DNA of 47,137 nt from Opitutales bacterium (GTDB taxonomy: Bacteria > Verrucomicrobiota > Verrucomicrobiia > Opitutales > Intestinicryptomonadaceae). Location of the stretch: positions 1 to 47,137 of the forward strand of contig JAVBSE010000053.1 of the NCBI GenBank assembly GCA_031547315.1. Direction: 5' to 3'. The notes under the pieces were generated by a model. That model made no database searches. It saw only the letters and a list, made by a program, of their open reading frames with translations, and was not told the origin of the DNA. Positions 36,770-47,092 of this stretch are shown here, piece after piece. The translations under genes and the position numbers were made by a program. How positions within the stretch are numbered: position 1 is the first letter of the stretch; each line of letters starts with the position of its first letter.

Positions 36770-38563
36770 CTATTTAGACAAGCGTTCCAACAGAGCTTCT
36801 CTTTCAATCTTAAGAGATTTTGGAAGTCTGTCGTAAAGCTCTTCAGTCAAAGGCTGTGTAGCAACTATCTGCGCATCGTAAGTTGAAAGCTCTTTGAACT
36901 GTGCTTCAGAGTAGCTTAAGCCTTCCCAGTCGATGTCAGCATAATTTGGCATAATGCCGATAGCTGTTTCGTTGCCATGGGCTTCGCCATTTACACGTTC
37001 AACTATCCAAGCTAGTACACGAGCATTGTCGCCAAAGCCTGGCCACATAAACTTGCCTTCTGCGCTCTTTCTGAACCAATTTACGTGGAAGAAACGAGGT
37101 GTGTTTGACAAACCTTTGCCCATCTTTACCAAGTGTGCAAGATAGTCAGCCATGTGGTAGCCTGCGAAAGGCAACATAGCCATAGGGTCTGAACGAAGTT
37201 TGCCCAAAGTACCTTCTGCTGCTGCAGTCAATTCTGAACCCATCATAGCGCCCAAGTAGATGCCATGTGCCCAGTTGAATGCTTCAAACACTAAAGGTAT
37301 GCCGTTAGCACGACGTCCGCCAACCAAAACTGCTGAAATTGGCACGCCTTCTAGCTTTTCTGCATTCTCGTCTAAGCAAGGGCAGTTGTACATAGGTGCT
37401 GTAAAGCGGCTGTTTGGATGCGCTGACGGAGTTTCAGAGCCTGCCTTCCAAGGCTTGCCGAGCCAGTCTGTTAAACCTTCAGGGATTTCCTTAGTCATAC
37501 CTTCCCACCAAACGTCGCCATCTGCTGTAAGCGCTACGTTTGTGAAAATTGTGTCCTTCTTGCAAGAGTGCATTGCATTAGGATTTGTGCCCATGCTTGT
37601 GCCAGGAGCAACGCCAAAGAAGCCGTTTTCTGGGTTAATTGCATAAAGCTGACCATCAGGCCCCGGTTTAATCCAAGCGATGTCGTCGCCAACACAAGTA
37701 ACTTCCCAACCTTTTTTAAGCAATTCTGCAGGTGGGATTAACATTGCAAAGTTTGTTTTGCCGCAAGCACTTGGGAAAGCGCCTGTTACGTAAGTCTTCT
37801 TGCCTGATGGGTCTTTAACGCCCAAAATGAGCATGTGCTCAGCAAGCCAGCCTTCGTCTCTGCCCATAGCAGAAGCAATACGCAAGCTTAGGCACTTTTT
37901 GCCCAAAAGAGCATTACCGCCGTAGCCTGAACCTATGCTGATAATCTCACGTGTTTCTGGGAAGTGAGTAACATATGTGTTTTCAGGGTTGCAAGGCCAA
38001 AGAACGTCGTCTTCAGGAGTATTGATAGGCTTGCCAACAGAGTGTAAGCACTTAACAAACTTGCCGTCTTCGCCAAGAATATCAAGAACCTTAGGGCTAA
38101 CTCTAGCCATGATTCTCATATTCACAACAACGTAAGGAGAGTCAGAAATTTCAACGCCAATCTGAGAGATAGGACCGCCAATAGGACCCATGCTGAAAGG
38201 AATAACGTACATAGTACGGCCCTTCATGCAACCTGCAAACAAGCCGTCAAGCTTTGCTTTCATTTCTACAGGATCCATCCAATTGTTTGTTGGGCCTGCA
38301 AGGTCTTTAGTCTTTGAACAGATAAATGTACGAGCCTCTACACGAGCAACGTCACGTACGTCTGAACGGAAGTAGTAGCTGTTTGGGCGTTTTTGTTCGT
38401 TTAATTTAACGCACATTCCCTTTGCAATCATTGCTGCAAAAAGCTTGTCCGCTTCTTCTTGCGAACCGTCACACCATACAATAGCATCAGGAGTAGCAAG
38501 CTTTGCAACGCTATCAACCCAAGCTAAAAGAGCTTTATTTTTAATTGTTTTTGGATCTATCAT
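36770..38563 (-). CDS. pckG: Phosphoenolpyruvate carboxykinase (GTP)
   Basis: [61 protein letters not shown] and WPGFGDN. Confidence 0.97.
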   Translation of the reverse strand: MIDPKTIKNKALLAWVDSVAKLATPDAIVWCDGSQEEADKLFAAMIAKGMCVKLNEQKRPNSYYFRSDVRDVARVEARTFICSKTKDLAGPTNNWMDPVEMKAKLDGLFAGCMKGRTMYVIPFSMGPIGGPISQIGVEISDSPYVVVNMRIMARVSPKVLDILGEDGKFVKCLHSVGKPINTPEDDVLWPCNPENTYVTHFPETREIISIGSGYGGNALLGKKCLSLRIASAMGRDEGWLAEHMLILGVKDPSGKKTYVTGAFPSACGKTNFAMLIPPAELLKKGWEVTCVGDDIAWIKPGPDGQLYAINPENGFFGVAPGTSMGTNPNAMHSCKKDTIFTNVALTADGDVWWEGMTKEIPEGLTDWLGKPWKAGSETPSAHPNSRFTAPMYNCPCLDENAEKLEGVPISAVLVGGRRANGIPLVFEAFNWAHGIYLGAMMGSELTAAAEGTLGKLRSDPMAMLPFAGYHMADYLAHLVKMGKGLSNTPRFFHVNWFRKSAEGKFMWPGFGDNARVLAWIVERVNGEAHGNETAIGIMPNYADIDWEGLSYSEAQFKELSTYDAQIVATQPLTEELYDRLPKSLKIEREALLERLSK

Positions 38564-38724
38564 AATTGTATAATCTTTCTTGACCTTCTACATAGTAAAA
38601 AATCTAGTCTACTTTGTTTACTCTTTAAAGGAAATACAAGAATAAAATTCAGTCTAAGTAAGATTTTTTAGGGCAAAACTGCTGTGAATCGAAAAATATT
38701 AAAACTCTCGCTAGTTTCTCTTAC

Positions 38725-38760
38725 AAAAAAATGCCTTCGGAAGGTTCCGAAGAGCATTCT
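38725..38760 (-). terminator. Rho-independent terminator downstream of the ThuA-fusion operon
   Basis: Minus strand AATGC-TCTTCGGA-ACCT-TCCGAAG-GCATT followed by a T tract. Confidence 0.65.
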
Positions 38761-38771
38761 TTAATTTTATG

Positions 38772-38797
38772 TTTTTTGCAGTAGCAACGTGCCACGC
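38772..38797 (+). repeat. Right-arm fragment of family 1 unit B
   Basis: TTTTTTGCAGTAGCAACGTGCCACGC versus TTTTTTGCAGCAACAACGTGCCACGC in the full copies. Confidence 0.7.
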
Positions 38798-38822
38798 GCG
38801 AAAGCAATTCAAAAAAACTGTC

Positions 38823-38938
38823 AAAAGCTGTCAAATGGGGTGTCAGGCGAGTATACGAAAAAAGTTTACGGAAAGAGTGTAGTAGACCTACATGACTTTC
38901 GTGAACTTTTTTTGTAACGGAGCATTAAGCTCTATTTG
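38823..38938 (+). repeat. Palindromic family 1, unit A
   Basis: CAAATGGGGT/GCTCTATTTG arms and GAGTATACG...CGGAGCAT. Core AAAAAAGTTTACGGAAA-GA-GTGTAG-N5-CTACAT-GA-CTTTCGTGAACTTTTTT. Confidence 0.8.
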
Positions 38939-39069
38939 CTAATCGCCAGTCAAATTGAGCGTCGCACTAGGCGCAAAAAAAATCTGTGGAAGAAGTGTAG
39001 TAAACCTAAATGACTTTCACAGATTTTTTGCAGCAACAACGTGCCACGCCAATTTCACTGGCGATTTAG
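38939..39069 (+). repeat. Palindromic family 1, unit B
   Basis: AATCGCCAGTCAAATTG...CAATTTCACTGGCGATT arms. Body near-identical to 19221..19331. Confidence 0.85.
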
Positions 39070-42000
39070 TTTAGTTTGAATTCGTGGATCGACCAATACC
39101 CACCGGAATCTTTTGTATTTTCAATTCTGATAAATTTAGCTGAAGGATTGCCTTCAAACTTAATTGTATCAGAAGTCTTGTCTTTGATATACTTAAACTT
39201 AGCAGGCTTCATTGTTTCAATAGTTTCGCCAATGTAAACCTTTGGATCAAGAACTCTGTCGCCGGTAGAATTACCAAGCTCTAGCTTGATAGATTCTAAC
39301 TTTGTGCTCTTTTGCAAACCAATCTGGAACCACATACCGGGTTCACGATGCTTGCTTGTATCCCAACGTGAATCGATATTGCCATCGAATGCCTGTTTAA
39401 GATTATTTGAATTTTCAGAAGATGCCGCTGTCATACCATTTGGCATTGGCTTCATATCTTTGAAAGTTGAAGGGTCGTCAACCAATACAACCTCGTGGAT
39501 AGACCACCAGCCGCCTTGCGAGCCGCCGTTTTCTATGCGGAACATTTTAACCTTTTTAGGTTTTGTAAATGTTAGCACATCTTCGCCATTTTCGCCCTTT
39601 GTGAATTTGATTTCAACTTCATCAAAGTCTTCCATAGTTTCGCCTGCGTAAACTTTTGGCTCTGTAATGCCATCGCCCTTAGAGCTGCCTAGGTCTAGAA
39701 CAATTCCTGACAAAGTTCTTGTTTTGGGAAGTTCAAACTGTATCCACTGGCCTGGTTCACGATTTCTGCCTGTTGTGTAGCGTGAGCCCAAATTGCCGTC
39801 AACAGCGTTTTTAAGCTCGTGAGCGCCATGCATTGCAGTGCCTTCCCAGCCATTTTTGAATTTTTCAATCTTAGCATTGCCCAAGTTTAGACGCTTTAGT
39901 TTTGAAACAATTTTAGCGTCTTTAGGGTCTACTGCAGATTTAATAACATAGTCAGCCGCTGCAGAATTAACTTCGCCGGATTTTGCAAGAACAGAAACTA
40001 TAGTTGCCTGAATTTCTTTCTTTTCTGCGTTGTTTGCAGAAGCGCTTGCTAGTGCCACCAATGGGTCTAATGCACTTGCATTATTCCACTTTGCAAGCTC
40101 TGCCAATGCTTCTTTTTTCATGCCTGATTTGTAAGCTGTAAGGCACATCTTAACGCCTGCGTCAGAATTATTTGCAAGTGCAAAACGCAAAACCATATTT
40201 CTTTCTGAAGGAGTTTTTACTGCACCCAAAAGCTTTGTTGCCGCAGCAATCATTGTATCATCACAATCACGACGTGAGCAAGCAACCATCAAACCCATTA
40301 GCGGACGCTTCAAAGAATCTGCGGCGCTTGGGTAAATTTCAGAAGCTGTAACAAAAACTGCCGCATTTTTAAGAACTGCGTTTTCCAAAGTTTTAAGCGC
40401 TGTGCTCTTAGATTTGTCGTCTGCATTGCTTTTTACGATTGCAAATAGGTGCTCTACAGAAGCAGATGCGTCTAGATTTCTCATAGTTTCGCCAATAAAG
40501 TCGGCAGCAGGACCTTCAAGTTTCTGAGACAAATCTGTAAATTTGTCTAGCTTGCCTTTGTGCTGAATTGAAGCCAATTCAAAAGCAGCAGCTCTCATTT
40601 GGTCTTTGTCTAACAAATTTGCATACTTTGAAAGTATTGCAGTGTCTTCAATTTTGCCATTTACTGCAACTGCACGCACCATTGCTATCAAAGTTGCACC
40701 AGATTCAGGAACTGTTGCGACAATCTTATCGTAGCCTTCGCCACGTTTTAGAAGCGCATAAATCATTTCTGAACGCAAAGCGTCTGGCAATTTGTCTAAA
40801 GCCAAAGATGCAGGAATCTTCACATCTTTAAAGTTGCCCAAGAAGCGAATTATGCTTTCCATTGTAACGTCTTGCTTGATGTCTTGACCATTTTTTACAA
40901 GGTTGATTGCTGCAAGAGTGCGCAAGCTTTCAATAGCTTTTTGGTCTGCATAAACAGACTTTGCAAAAGCAAGCGCTGCTGCGCTGTCAAAACTTTCATT
41001 GGCAAAAACGTATTCAGCTGCGCAAAGCTTAACTTTGTCTGACTTTGCAGCCTTGTATGCGTTTGCAAGCGCTGCAACAGAAGCAGGTGTGCCTGCCCTT
41101 GCAATTGCTCCAAGCGCAGTAATTGCCATCTTTTCATCTGAGCCCGCCTTTGCAAAAACTTCGCCGCCCGCTTTAAGAGCAGCTTCAGGGTTCTGATAAG
41201 AAAGCGCTGTAAGTGCGTCTGCCTTGTAGTAAGCTACGTTAGAACTTAACAGCTTTTGCAGAACAGCTGTTGCAGCCTTGTCTTTTGTGCGTGCCAAGCT
41301 GATGAACAAGCTTTCCGTGTAAATGCGGTTTGCAGGGTCAGAAGCGTCACGAACAATAATTTCTCCAATTTCAACTGCGCTTGAATTTGCACCTGTAACC
41401 TGCAAAAGCTCTGACAACATCTTCTTATAACGAAGTGTGCCAGTTTTTGCCTTAAGCTCTGCTACGCAAATTTTTTCTACTTGCGATGCGGCGGTAGCAG
41501 AACTTGTAATGGCCTGATATGCTCTAAAGAAAACAGGCTCTAATCTGTTTAGCTGATTGTTTTTGCCCTTAGCGTCAAAATCTATATCACGCAAGCTTGT
41601 TATGCCATTTACAGCAGCAGCTGCTTCTGCTTTGTACATTGCTTCTTTGCCAAGAGGCGCAGTAGGAACGTTGTCTATATCGCCACAGGCAAACTGTATG
41701 CCGCGCATATAGTACTCGCAAATTTTTGGATTGCGGAAGAAAACGTCTAACCTATGACCAAAAGCGCCATAGAATATGCGACCTTTTTCATAAGTTTTGC
41801 ACCAAGTAAGACCAAAGTCTTTGTCTTTGCGACGAGTATCTTTCATAGGATCGCCGCCGCCATTTTTAGGACTTCTGTCAAAGTCTAGTGCAAGCTGCAC
41901 ACGCTGCTTTTCACGATCGTAACCGTCTAAGAATGTATAAATTTCGTCTTGAATCTGAAATTCATTTTCAGGCCAAAGGTCTTTTAAAAGAATATGACCC

Positions 42001-42653
42001 GGATCTTCTACTAAAACTGTCACAGGGTCATTACCCGCACCCCAAGGATGGCCTGCAAAAAGCCCGCCCATCATAGTTACATATTCAGAGCCATGACCTG
42101 CGTCGCAACCCGCATGAAGCGCCATTACGCCGCCGCCGTCTTTAACGTAGTCTATGATGTTTTGCAAAAGTTCTTTTGCATAAGCTTCGTCTTGCTTCTT
42201 TTGCTCGCCAGACATTTTTTGGCGCAAAGGCTCGTACTCACGTGTGAAAAGCCCGCCTGTAGAGTTATTGAAAACAATACAGTCGTACTTTTTGATGTTT
42301 TCTTTTTTGAACTCGTCTCTGTCTTCAGTGTAAGTAACCTTCCACTGGCCTGCAAAGTTCTTTTCCATAGCGCTCATCACAGCATTCCAAGCAGGAATAC
42401 CCTCAGCATGGCGGAATCCGTCTGTTCTTGTGTAAACAAGAATATTGCGAGCCTTCTTTGGCTTCACAAAAAGTTTTTTAGGAGCAGCCTCTTGCGTCTG
42501 CTTAATCTGCTCAGGCGTAAGAAGCTTTAGCTTCCACTCGTCTTTGTAATACTGGTCAACTTTTTTTGCGAAAGCTTCCTGATCCCAGCCTTGTGCAAAC
42601 AAAGCTGATGAAACAAAGCTAATCGCAAGTGTAAATATTAAAGATTTTTTCAT
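39066..42653 (-). CDS. Exported ThuA-domain / HEAT-like repeat / tandem F5/8 type C (CBM32-like) protein (1195 aa)
   Basis: Signal peptide. ThuA domain paralogous to 19330..20316, then an Ala/Leu-rich helical repeat region, then two A.DGN..SR(W/Y).T...R.PG.W.Q...WSIHE discoidin domains. Confidence 0.85.
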   Translation of the reverse strand: MKKSLIFTLAISFVSSALFAQGWDQEAFAKKVDQYYKDEWKLKLLTPEQIKQTQEAAPKKLFVKPKKARNILVYTRTDGFRHAEGIPAWNAVMSAMEKNFAGQWKVTYTEDRDEFKKENIKKYDCIVFNNSTGGLFTREYEPLRQKMSGEQKKQDEAYAKELLQNIIDYVKDGGGVMALHAGCDAGHGSEYVTMMGGLFAGHPWGAGNDPVTVLVEDPGHILLKDLWPENEFQIQDEIYTFLDGYDREKQRVQLALDFDRSPKNGGGDPMKDTRRKDKDFGLTWCKTYEKGRIFYGAFGHRLDVFFRNPKICEYYMRGIQFACGDIDNVPTAPLGKEAMYKAEAAAAVNGITSLRDIDFDAKGKNNQLNRLEPVFFRAYQAITSSATAASQVEKICVAELKAKTGTLRYKKMLSELLQVTGANSSAVEIGEIIVRDASDPANRIYTESLFISLARTKDKAATAVLQKLLSSNVAYYKADALTALSYQNPEAALKAGGEVFAKAGSDEKMAITALGAIARAGTPASVAALANAYKAAKSDKVKLCAAEYVFANESFDSAAALAFAKSVYADQKAIESLRTLAAINLVKNGQDIKQDVTMESIIRFLGNFKDVKIPASLALDKLPDALRSEMIYALLKRGEGYDKIVATVPESGATLIAMVRAVAVNGKIEDTAILSKYANLLDKDQMRAAAFELASIQHKGKLDKFTDLSQKLEGPAADFIGETMRNLDASASVEHLFAIVKSNADDKSKSTALKTLENAVLKNAAVFVTASEIYPSAADSLKRPLMGLMVACSRRDCDDTMIAAATKLLGAVKTPSERNMVLRFALANNSDAGVKMCLTAYKSGMKKEALAELAKWNNASALDPLVALASASANNAEKKEIQATIVSVLAKSGEVNSAAADYVIKSAVDPKDAKIVSKLKRLNLGNAKIEKFKNGWEGTAMHGAHELKNAVDGNLGSRYTTGRNREPGQWIQFELPKTRTLSGIVLDLGSSKGDGITEPKVYAGETMEDFDEVEIKFTKGENGEDVLTFTKPKKVKMFRIENGGSQGGWWSIHEVVLVDDPSTFKDMKPMPNGMTAASSENSNNLKQAFDGNIDSRWDTSKHREPGMWFQIGLQKSTKLESIKLELGNSTGDRVLDPKVYIGETIETMKPAKFKYIKDKTSDTIKFEGNPSAKFIRIENTKDSGGYWSIHEFKLN

Positions 42654-42675
42654 ATAAATATTCCTATCTTAAAAA

Positions 42676-44034
42676 TTATATCAAAGCCCATTCGCCACGA
42701 TTTGGCCTGCTGATAAGCTTGTTAGCTTCATCATCATTAACAAACTTGCCAGACTTCCAATCCCACTCTAAGCTTCTGCCAAGCTTGTAAGCAATGTTGC
42801 CCATAATTGAAATTTCAGCAGAAGACCTGCCGCCTTCTACAGGAGCAATTGTTGAAGTGCCTGTAAATACGGCGTCAAAGAAATTAGCAGTATGGTCTGC
42901 TATTGAACGCTGATAGATATTCTCGTCAGAGTCGCCTATCTTCATATCGTTTAGCCAGTTTTTGTTTGCCCAGAAACGTTCCATGCCGCCTCTGTCTGCA
43001 GAGCAAATGCCCTCTGTGCCAACAAACACAACTGCGTGGCCCTTAGGATCTTCAGGATGTGAACCCTTATAAATCTTAACGCCTGCTTCAGTTTCGTAAA
43101 AATACTGACGCCCTGGCTGGCCAAATCTTTCGCCCTTAATGTCGCCCTTGTCGGAAACATGAACGTATTTAGGACCTTTTCCATCCAACCCCAAGCCCCA
43201 CAAACCAATGTCGTAATGGTGTGCGCCAAAGTCTGCCTGATTAGCATTGCCATAGTCTATATGAGTGCGCCATTCAGGGAAGCCATGCTCTGAAAATGGG
43301 TTTTCGCTCTGAGGATTAATTTGTGGCATTAACCAGTTTGAATAAGGATTGTAAGGAGCAGGTCCGCACCACATATCCCAATCAACACCTGCAGGAACTT
43401 CTTCATAATTCCAGTTTCTTGTTGTAGCCATCTGATAGTTGAGACGTGCCCAAACTTCTTTAATTTCGCCTAAATAGCCATTGCGTGCCAATTGCGCTGC
43501 ATGGCGAAAAGCTTCTTGTGAACGCTGCTGAGAACCAACTTGGAAAACAACGCCGGCCTTTTGCACAGCTTCTGTAACTTTTCTTGCCTCTTCGATAGTG
43601 AAAGTCATAGGCTTTTCGCAATAAATAGCCTTGCCTGCCCTTGCGGCAAGTATGCACATAATTGCATGCCAGTGGTCTGGCGTTACAATGTAGACTGCGT
43701 CAATAGAAGGGTCTGCCAAAAGCTGACGAAAATCTTTGTAAGCTTTAGGAGCATCTGCCGGCTGATTGCGCTTTGCATAGTTGTCAGAAATTTTCTTTTC
43801 CCAATAACGCAAACGAACGTCATCAACGTCGCAAATTGCAGTAATGCGAACATCTTTTCTTGATGTTAAGCCATTTATGTGACCATCAGCCATTTTGCCG
43901 CAGCCAATAACGCCTAAGTTACACCTGCTGTTTGCCGCAAAATTGCCCTTCGCAAACAACGAACCTTTGAATATTAGAGGCATAGCAATAGCCGCCATAG
44001 CTCCCTTTATGAATTGTCTTCTGTCGATACTCAT
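42676..44034 (-). CDS. Tat-exported Gfo/Idh/MocA-family oxidoreductase
   Basis: DRRQFIK twin-arginine signal, IGCGKM, VTPDHWH, YCEKPM, QVGSQQRS, WDMWCGPAP and DFGAHHYD. Confidence 0.92.
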   Translation of the reverse strand: MSIDRRQFIKGAMAAIAMPLIFKGSLFAKGNFAANSRCNLGVIGCGKMADGHINGLTSRKDVRITAICDVDDVRLRYWEKKISDNYAKRNQPADAPKAYKDFRQLLADPSIDAVYIVTPDHWHAIMCILAARAGKAIYCEKPMTFTIEEARKVTEAVQKAGVVFQVGSQQRSQEAFRHAAQLARNGYLGEIKEVWARLNYQMATTRNWNYEEVPAGVDWDMWCGPAPYNPYSNWLMPQINPQSENPFSEHGFPEWRTHIDYGNANQADFGAHHYDIGLWGLGLDGKGPKYVHVSDKGDIKGERFGQPGRQYFYETEAGVKIYKGSHPEDPKGHAVVFVGTEGICSADRGGMERFWANKNWLNDMKIGDSDENIYQRSIADHTANFFDAVFTGTSTIAPVEGGRSSAEISIMGNIAYKLGRSLEWDWKSGKFVNDDEANKLISRPNRGEWALI

Positions 44035-44366
44035 TTTTTATCCTTTTTGAAATCTTAAACTTGGCAAAAAAATTTTACTTTTCCTGCCAAAATCTTTTCT
44101 TTTTACTTAGCTTTAAATCTTTTTATGACCCAAAACTTTGTCCTTCTCCCCTTTAATTTTGTAATACTTTATTTTGCGTAGTAAGCTCCATGAGGCCTTT
44201 TAATTCAGGGCTAAATAAGATGGGTAATTCCAGAAAAAAAGCCAAAAACCCCAAACTCAATAAGCACTGCTTAAAAGACATAACACAGTATGTAACAGTT
44301 GAGTCAATTACTTTGCAAGCTTTTTTTCTTGTGAAAGTAATGGAGAAATTTAAAAAATTTCTAAAC

Positions 44367-44558
44367 TTAGAATTTATTTTGCTTTTTTCTGCGTTTACGA
44401 AAGTTTTTTTGAGGAGGGTTCTCGTAAGCTTCTAGGGCTGCGTGCAAGTCTTTTTCGTCAGATTTTTTTGCTGTCATAACTTTATAAACGCACCAGGCAA
44501 AGAGGCCTAAAAATAAGCTAAACGAAAGTAAAAATGTTATCCAACCGCCTATTGTCAT
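44367..44558 (-). CDS. Small single-TM protein, probable NSS transporter accessory subunit
   Basis: MT..GWI.F..S......LF.WC pattern. ATGA overlap with the NSS stop codon. Confidence 0.65.
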   Translation of the reverse strand: MTIGGWITFLLSFSLFLGLFAWCVYKVMTAKKSDEKDLHAALEAYENPPQKNFRKRRKKQNKF

Positions 44559-46279
44559 TTTGCGCCTTTCTTGTCCAAATTATTATAGCGACGAGACATT
44601 TTTAATATTGCTGCAAAAAAGAAATACAGAGCGCAAAGTATAAAAATTGCCATCCACGCAACGCTGTTTACGCCATCTTTGCCACCAATTAAGTCTGTAA
44701 TATAGGGGCTAAGCGTACCATCGCCAATGAAGCCAAAAACGTCCTGAGCCGCCCACAGCAAAAAAACCAAAACTAAAAATGTTGGCGTGAGATACTTTAT
44801 TATTGGAACAAATAAAAGTGGCAGCTTAATTTCAGAACCTTCATTTGCCAAGTGCATACCTTTTTTTGCCCCAAAGTACCAAGCAAAAATAATCACCTGA
44901 GTTGTTGCAAAAAAGTAAATTGCAACCTGCCCCATCCAAAAATCGAATGTGGACATTGCTTTTAAGTCTTTTGAAAAATATACAACAAAGCCCACTATAA
45001 ATGTTGAAATCAACCCCAGTAAAAGAGTAGAAAAATTGCGTCTCAAGCGCAGCGCCTCTTCTAAAAATGCCAAGCTTGGCTGCAACATTGAAAGCGAGCT
45101 TGTAACTGCCGCCAAAAAGAGCAAAAAGAAAAATAAAAAACCAAAAAATTGCCCGAGTGGCAAAGATACAAAAAACAGTGGCAGCACCTTAAACCCTAAA
45201 TCGAAAAGGCTTAAACCTGCACTCATAGCGCCTGAAACTCCAAAAAATGCAACAGCAGCAGGCACTGTAATTAGTCCGCCTAGGCAGACTTCGCAAAATT
45301 CATTTGCACTGCAAGACGTTACTGAGCTTAGAACAATGTCGTCTCTTTTTCTAAGGTAACTTGCGTAGGTCATGACAGACCCAAACCCAACTGTTAAACT
45401 AAAAAACACTTGCCCTGCCGCCGCCACCCAGATTGAGGGGTTTAAAAGCTGCACCCAAAGAGGAATCTCTTTTATACGCAAGCTTTCAGGATTTGCAGCC
45501 ACTTCTTGCTTTGCTTTAGATATTTCTATATCGCCTACTAGACGCTGAATATTTTGCCAATTGCCTGTTTCTGTTTTAGACTCTAAAACTACTTTTGTGG
45601 GGTTCCACATGAAGCCCAAACCCTGATTTATACTGCGTTCAGGATGTTCCGGTGAAATATCGGAAAGCGTCATTATTCTTATCACTATAACAATTGCCAA
45701 AATAATTAATAGAGGCATGGCATATTTGCAGAAGAATTCTATTCCTTTTGAAACACCTCTGTAAATCAGCCAAAAATTCAAGGCAAAGCAGAAGATTAAA
45801 AAGACAAGCACCTTGTCTAAACCAAAGCCAAGGGCAGAACCATTTTCGGCCGCACCAATAAAGTTAGAGAAAAACTCTTTAGATTCTGAAAGGGTAGAAA
45901 ACTCCAAAAGCCCCATGAAAAAAGCATAGGCGTAACCCAAGCACCAAGACTCTATATAAATGTAATAGCAAAAAACTATTAGGGTCAGCAGCGCTCCAAG
46001 CAGTCCAATGTAGGCCATCTTTTTTGTTTTGCAAAAATAACCTAAAATGCCCGCCGAAGAATGAAATTCATTTACTCCGCCTTGTCTGCCCAAAGTCCAC
46101 TCTACAATAGAAATTGGCAATCCGATAAAAATAAACGAAAGCACATAAGCTATCATAAACGCAGCTCCTCCATGCTCTGCAACTTGCCCCGGAAACTTCA
46201 AAAAATTGCCCAAACCTACAGCGCTGCCGGATACCGCAAGTATCACGCCAAATTTTGAGCTCCAGTTTTCGTTCGCCAT
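44555..46279 (-). CDS. Sodium-dependent transporter, NSS (SLC6/LeuT) family
   Basis: W.S..G.ILAVSGSAVGLGNFLKFP, GGAAFMIAY, AAAGQVFFSLTVGFG, YASY and FLAAVTSSLSM. Confidence 0.93.
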   Translation of the reverse strand: MANENWSSKFGVILAVSGSAVGLGNFLKFPGQVAEHGGAAFMIAYVLSFIFIGLPISIVEWTLGRQGGVNEFHSSAGILGYFCKTKKMAYIGLLGALLTLIVFCYYIYIESWCLGYAYAFFMGLLEFSTLSESKEFFSNFIGAAENGSALGFGLDKVLVFLIFCFALNFWLIYRGVSKGIEFFCKYAMPLLIILAIVIVIRIMTLSDISPEHPERSINQGLGFMWNPTKVVLESKTETGNWQNIQRLVGDIEISKAKQEVAANPESLRIKEIPLWVQLLNPSIWVAAAGQVFFSLTVGFGSVMTYASYLRKRDDIVLSSVTSCSANEFCEVCLGGLITVPAAVAFFGVSGAMSAGLSLFDLGFKVLPLFFVSLPLGQFFGFLFFFLLFLAAVTSSLSMLQPSLAFLEEALRLRRNFSTLLLGLISTFIVGFVVYFSKDLKAMSTFDFWMGQVAIYFFATTQVIIFAWYFGAKKGMHLANEGSEIKLPLLFVPIIKYLTPTFLVLVFLLWAAQDVFGFIGDGTLSPYITDLIGGKDGVNSVAWMAIFILCALYFFFAAILKMSRRYNNLDKKGAK

Positions 46280-46347
46280 TTATTTTAGTGCTAAAGCTAA
46301 ATCTGAAAAAAAATTTGTCAATTTATCTTCTGCAAATTTCTTAATTT

Positions 46348-46692
46348 TTAAAAAGATTTTTTCAAAACTTTCTCAAGCGAATCTTGAACTAAAGAAAGTT
46401 TCTTTTCTGCCTCTAGGGCCCTTTTGCGCCAAACTTGAATATCCTCAGAAGAACTTTTTATACTGCTTTCCTTGCCGGTTAAAAGCCAGTCAATAGAGCA
46501 GTTAAAAACTTTGGAAATTTCAAACAGTTCTTCCCCTCCGGGCATAGTGCGCCCTCCCTTATAATGAACAATTGCAGCAGGACTCACGCCCACAGCCTGC
46601 GCTATTTCACGCTGCGACAAATGAGACGTCTCCACTAATGCAGAAAAATTTTTGGCAAAACAATTTACTTTTTTTAATTTTTTATCTTGCAT
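46348..46692 (-). CDS. XRE-family helix-turn-helix regulator
   Basis: LSQREIAQAVGVSPAAIVHYKGGRTMP...L..ISKVFNCSIDWLLTG and a C-terminal coiled coil. Confidence 0.85.
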   Translation of the reverse strand: MQDKKLKKVNCFAKNFSALVETSHLSQREIAQAVGVSPAAIVHYKGGRTMPGGEELFEISKVFNCSIDWLLTGKESSIKSSSEDIQVWRKRALEAEKKLSLVQDSLEKVLKKSF

Positions 46693-46842
46693 TTACAAAA
46701 CTAAACCTCAAGTTTCTCTTTAGAATAATTAACACGCTGCGCTTTGTTTATTTTTTTTAATGCAACTTAGCAAACATAAACTTGTTCCAGCCGCCTTTAT
46801 TTTTGATTTAATAAAATTTCTGATTTAAAAATAGAAAAACTC

Positions 46843-47076
46843 ATGACAAAAGAAGAATATCTTTCTAGCATTAAAGAAGCCATTTTAAATATGAATCTGC
46901 CAAAAACAGATTTGAATGAATCTACTGCATTTAATATGATTCAGGGCTTTGATTCTATGTCTGTTGTGGATTTTCAAATCAATCTCAAGAAGCTTATTGG
47001 TCCAAAAGCGGATGACTTTTTGCCCATATTAGAAATGACATTGGGCGATTTTGCCGAACTTCTTGCTTCAAGCTAA
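46843..47076 (+). CDS. Acyl/aminoacyl carrier protein-like
   Basis: 77 aa, acidic, with a GFDSMSVVDF phosphopantetheine-site motif and C-terminal TLGDF. Confidence 0.7.
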   Translation: MTKEEYLSSIKEAILNMNLPKTDLNESTAFNMIQGFDSMSVVDFQINLKKLIGPKADDFLPILEMTLGDFAELLASS

Positions 47077-47092
47077 AAATATATCTGTAAGT

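Noticed and set aside
36820-36880. Possible short in-frame deletion near the PEPCK C-terminus ([13 protein letters not shown])
   Set aside because: It seems about 5 aa shorter than homologs as I recall them, but this cannot be supported without an alignment. All catalytic motifs are intact.
38772-39069. Repeated units as a possible CRISPR array
   Set aside because: The units are 100-220-bp palindromes, not 25-45-bp direct repeats with regular unique spacers, and no cas genes are present.
19141-39069. Family-1 repeats as ends of one large composite transposon or invertible segment
   Set aside because: The copies are in direct orientation, enclose housekeeping genes, and no transposase or recombinase is encoded. 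Dispersed small elements plus a thuA duplication explain them better.
46348-46692. Prophage or ICE boundary suggested by the XRE repressor
   Set aside because: No integrase, att-like repeat, tRNA or phage gene is visible in the window.
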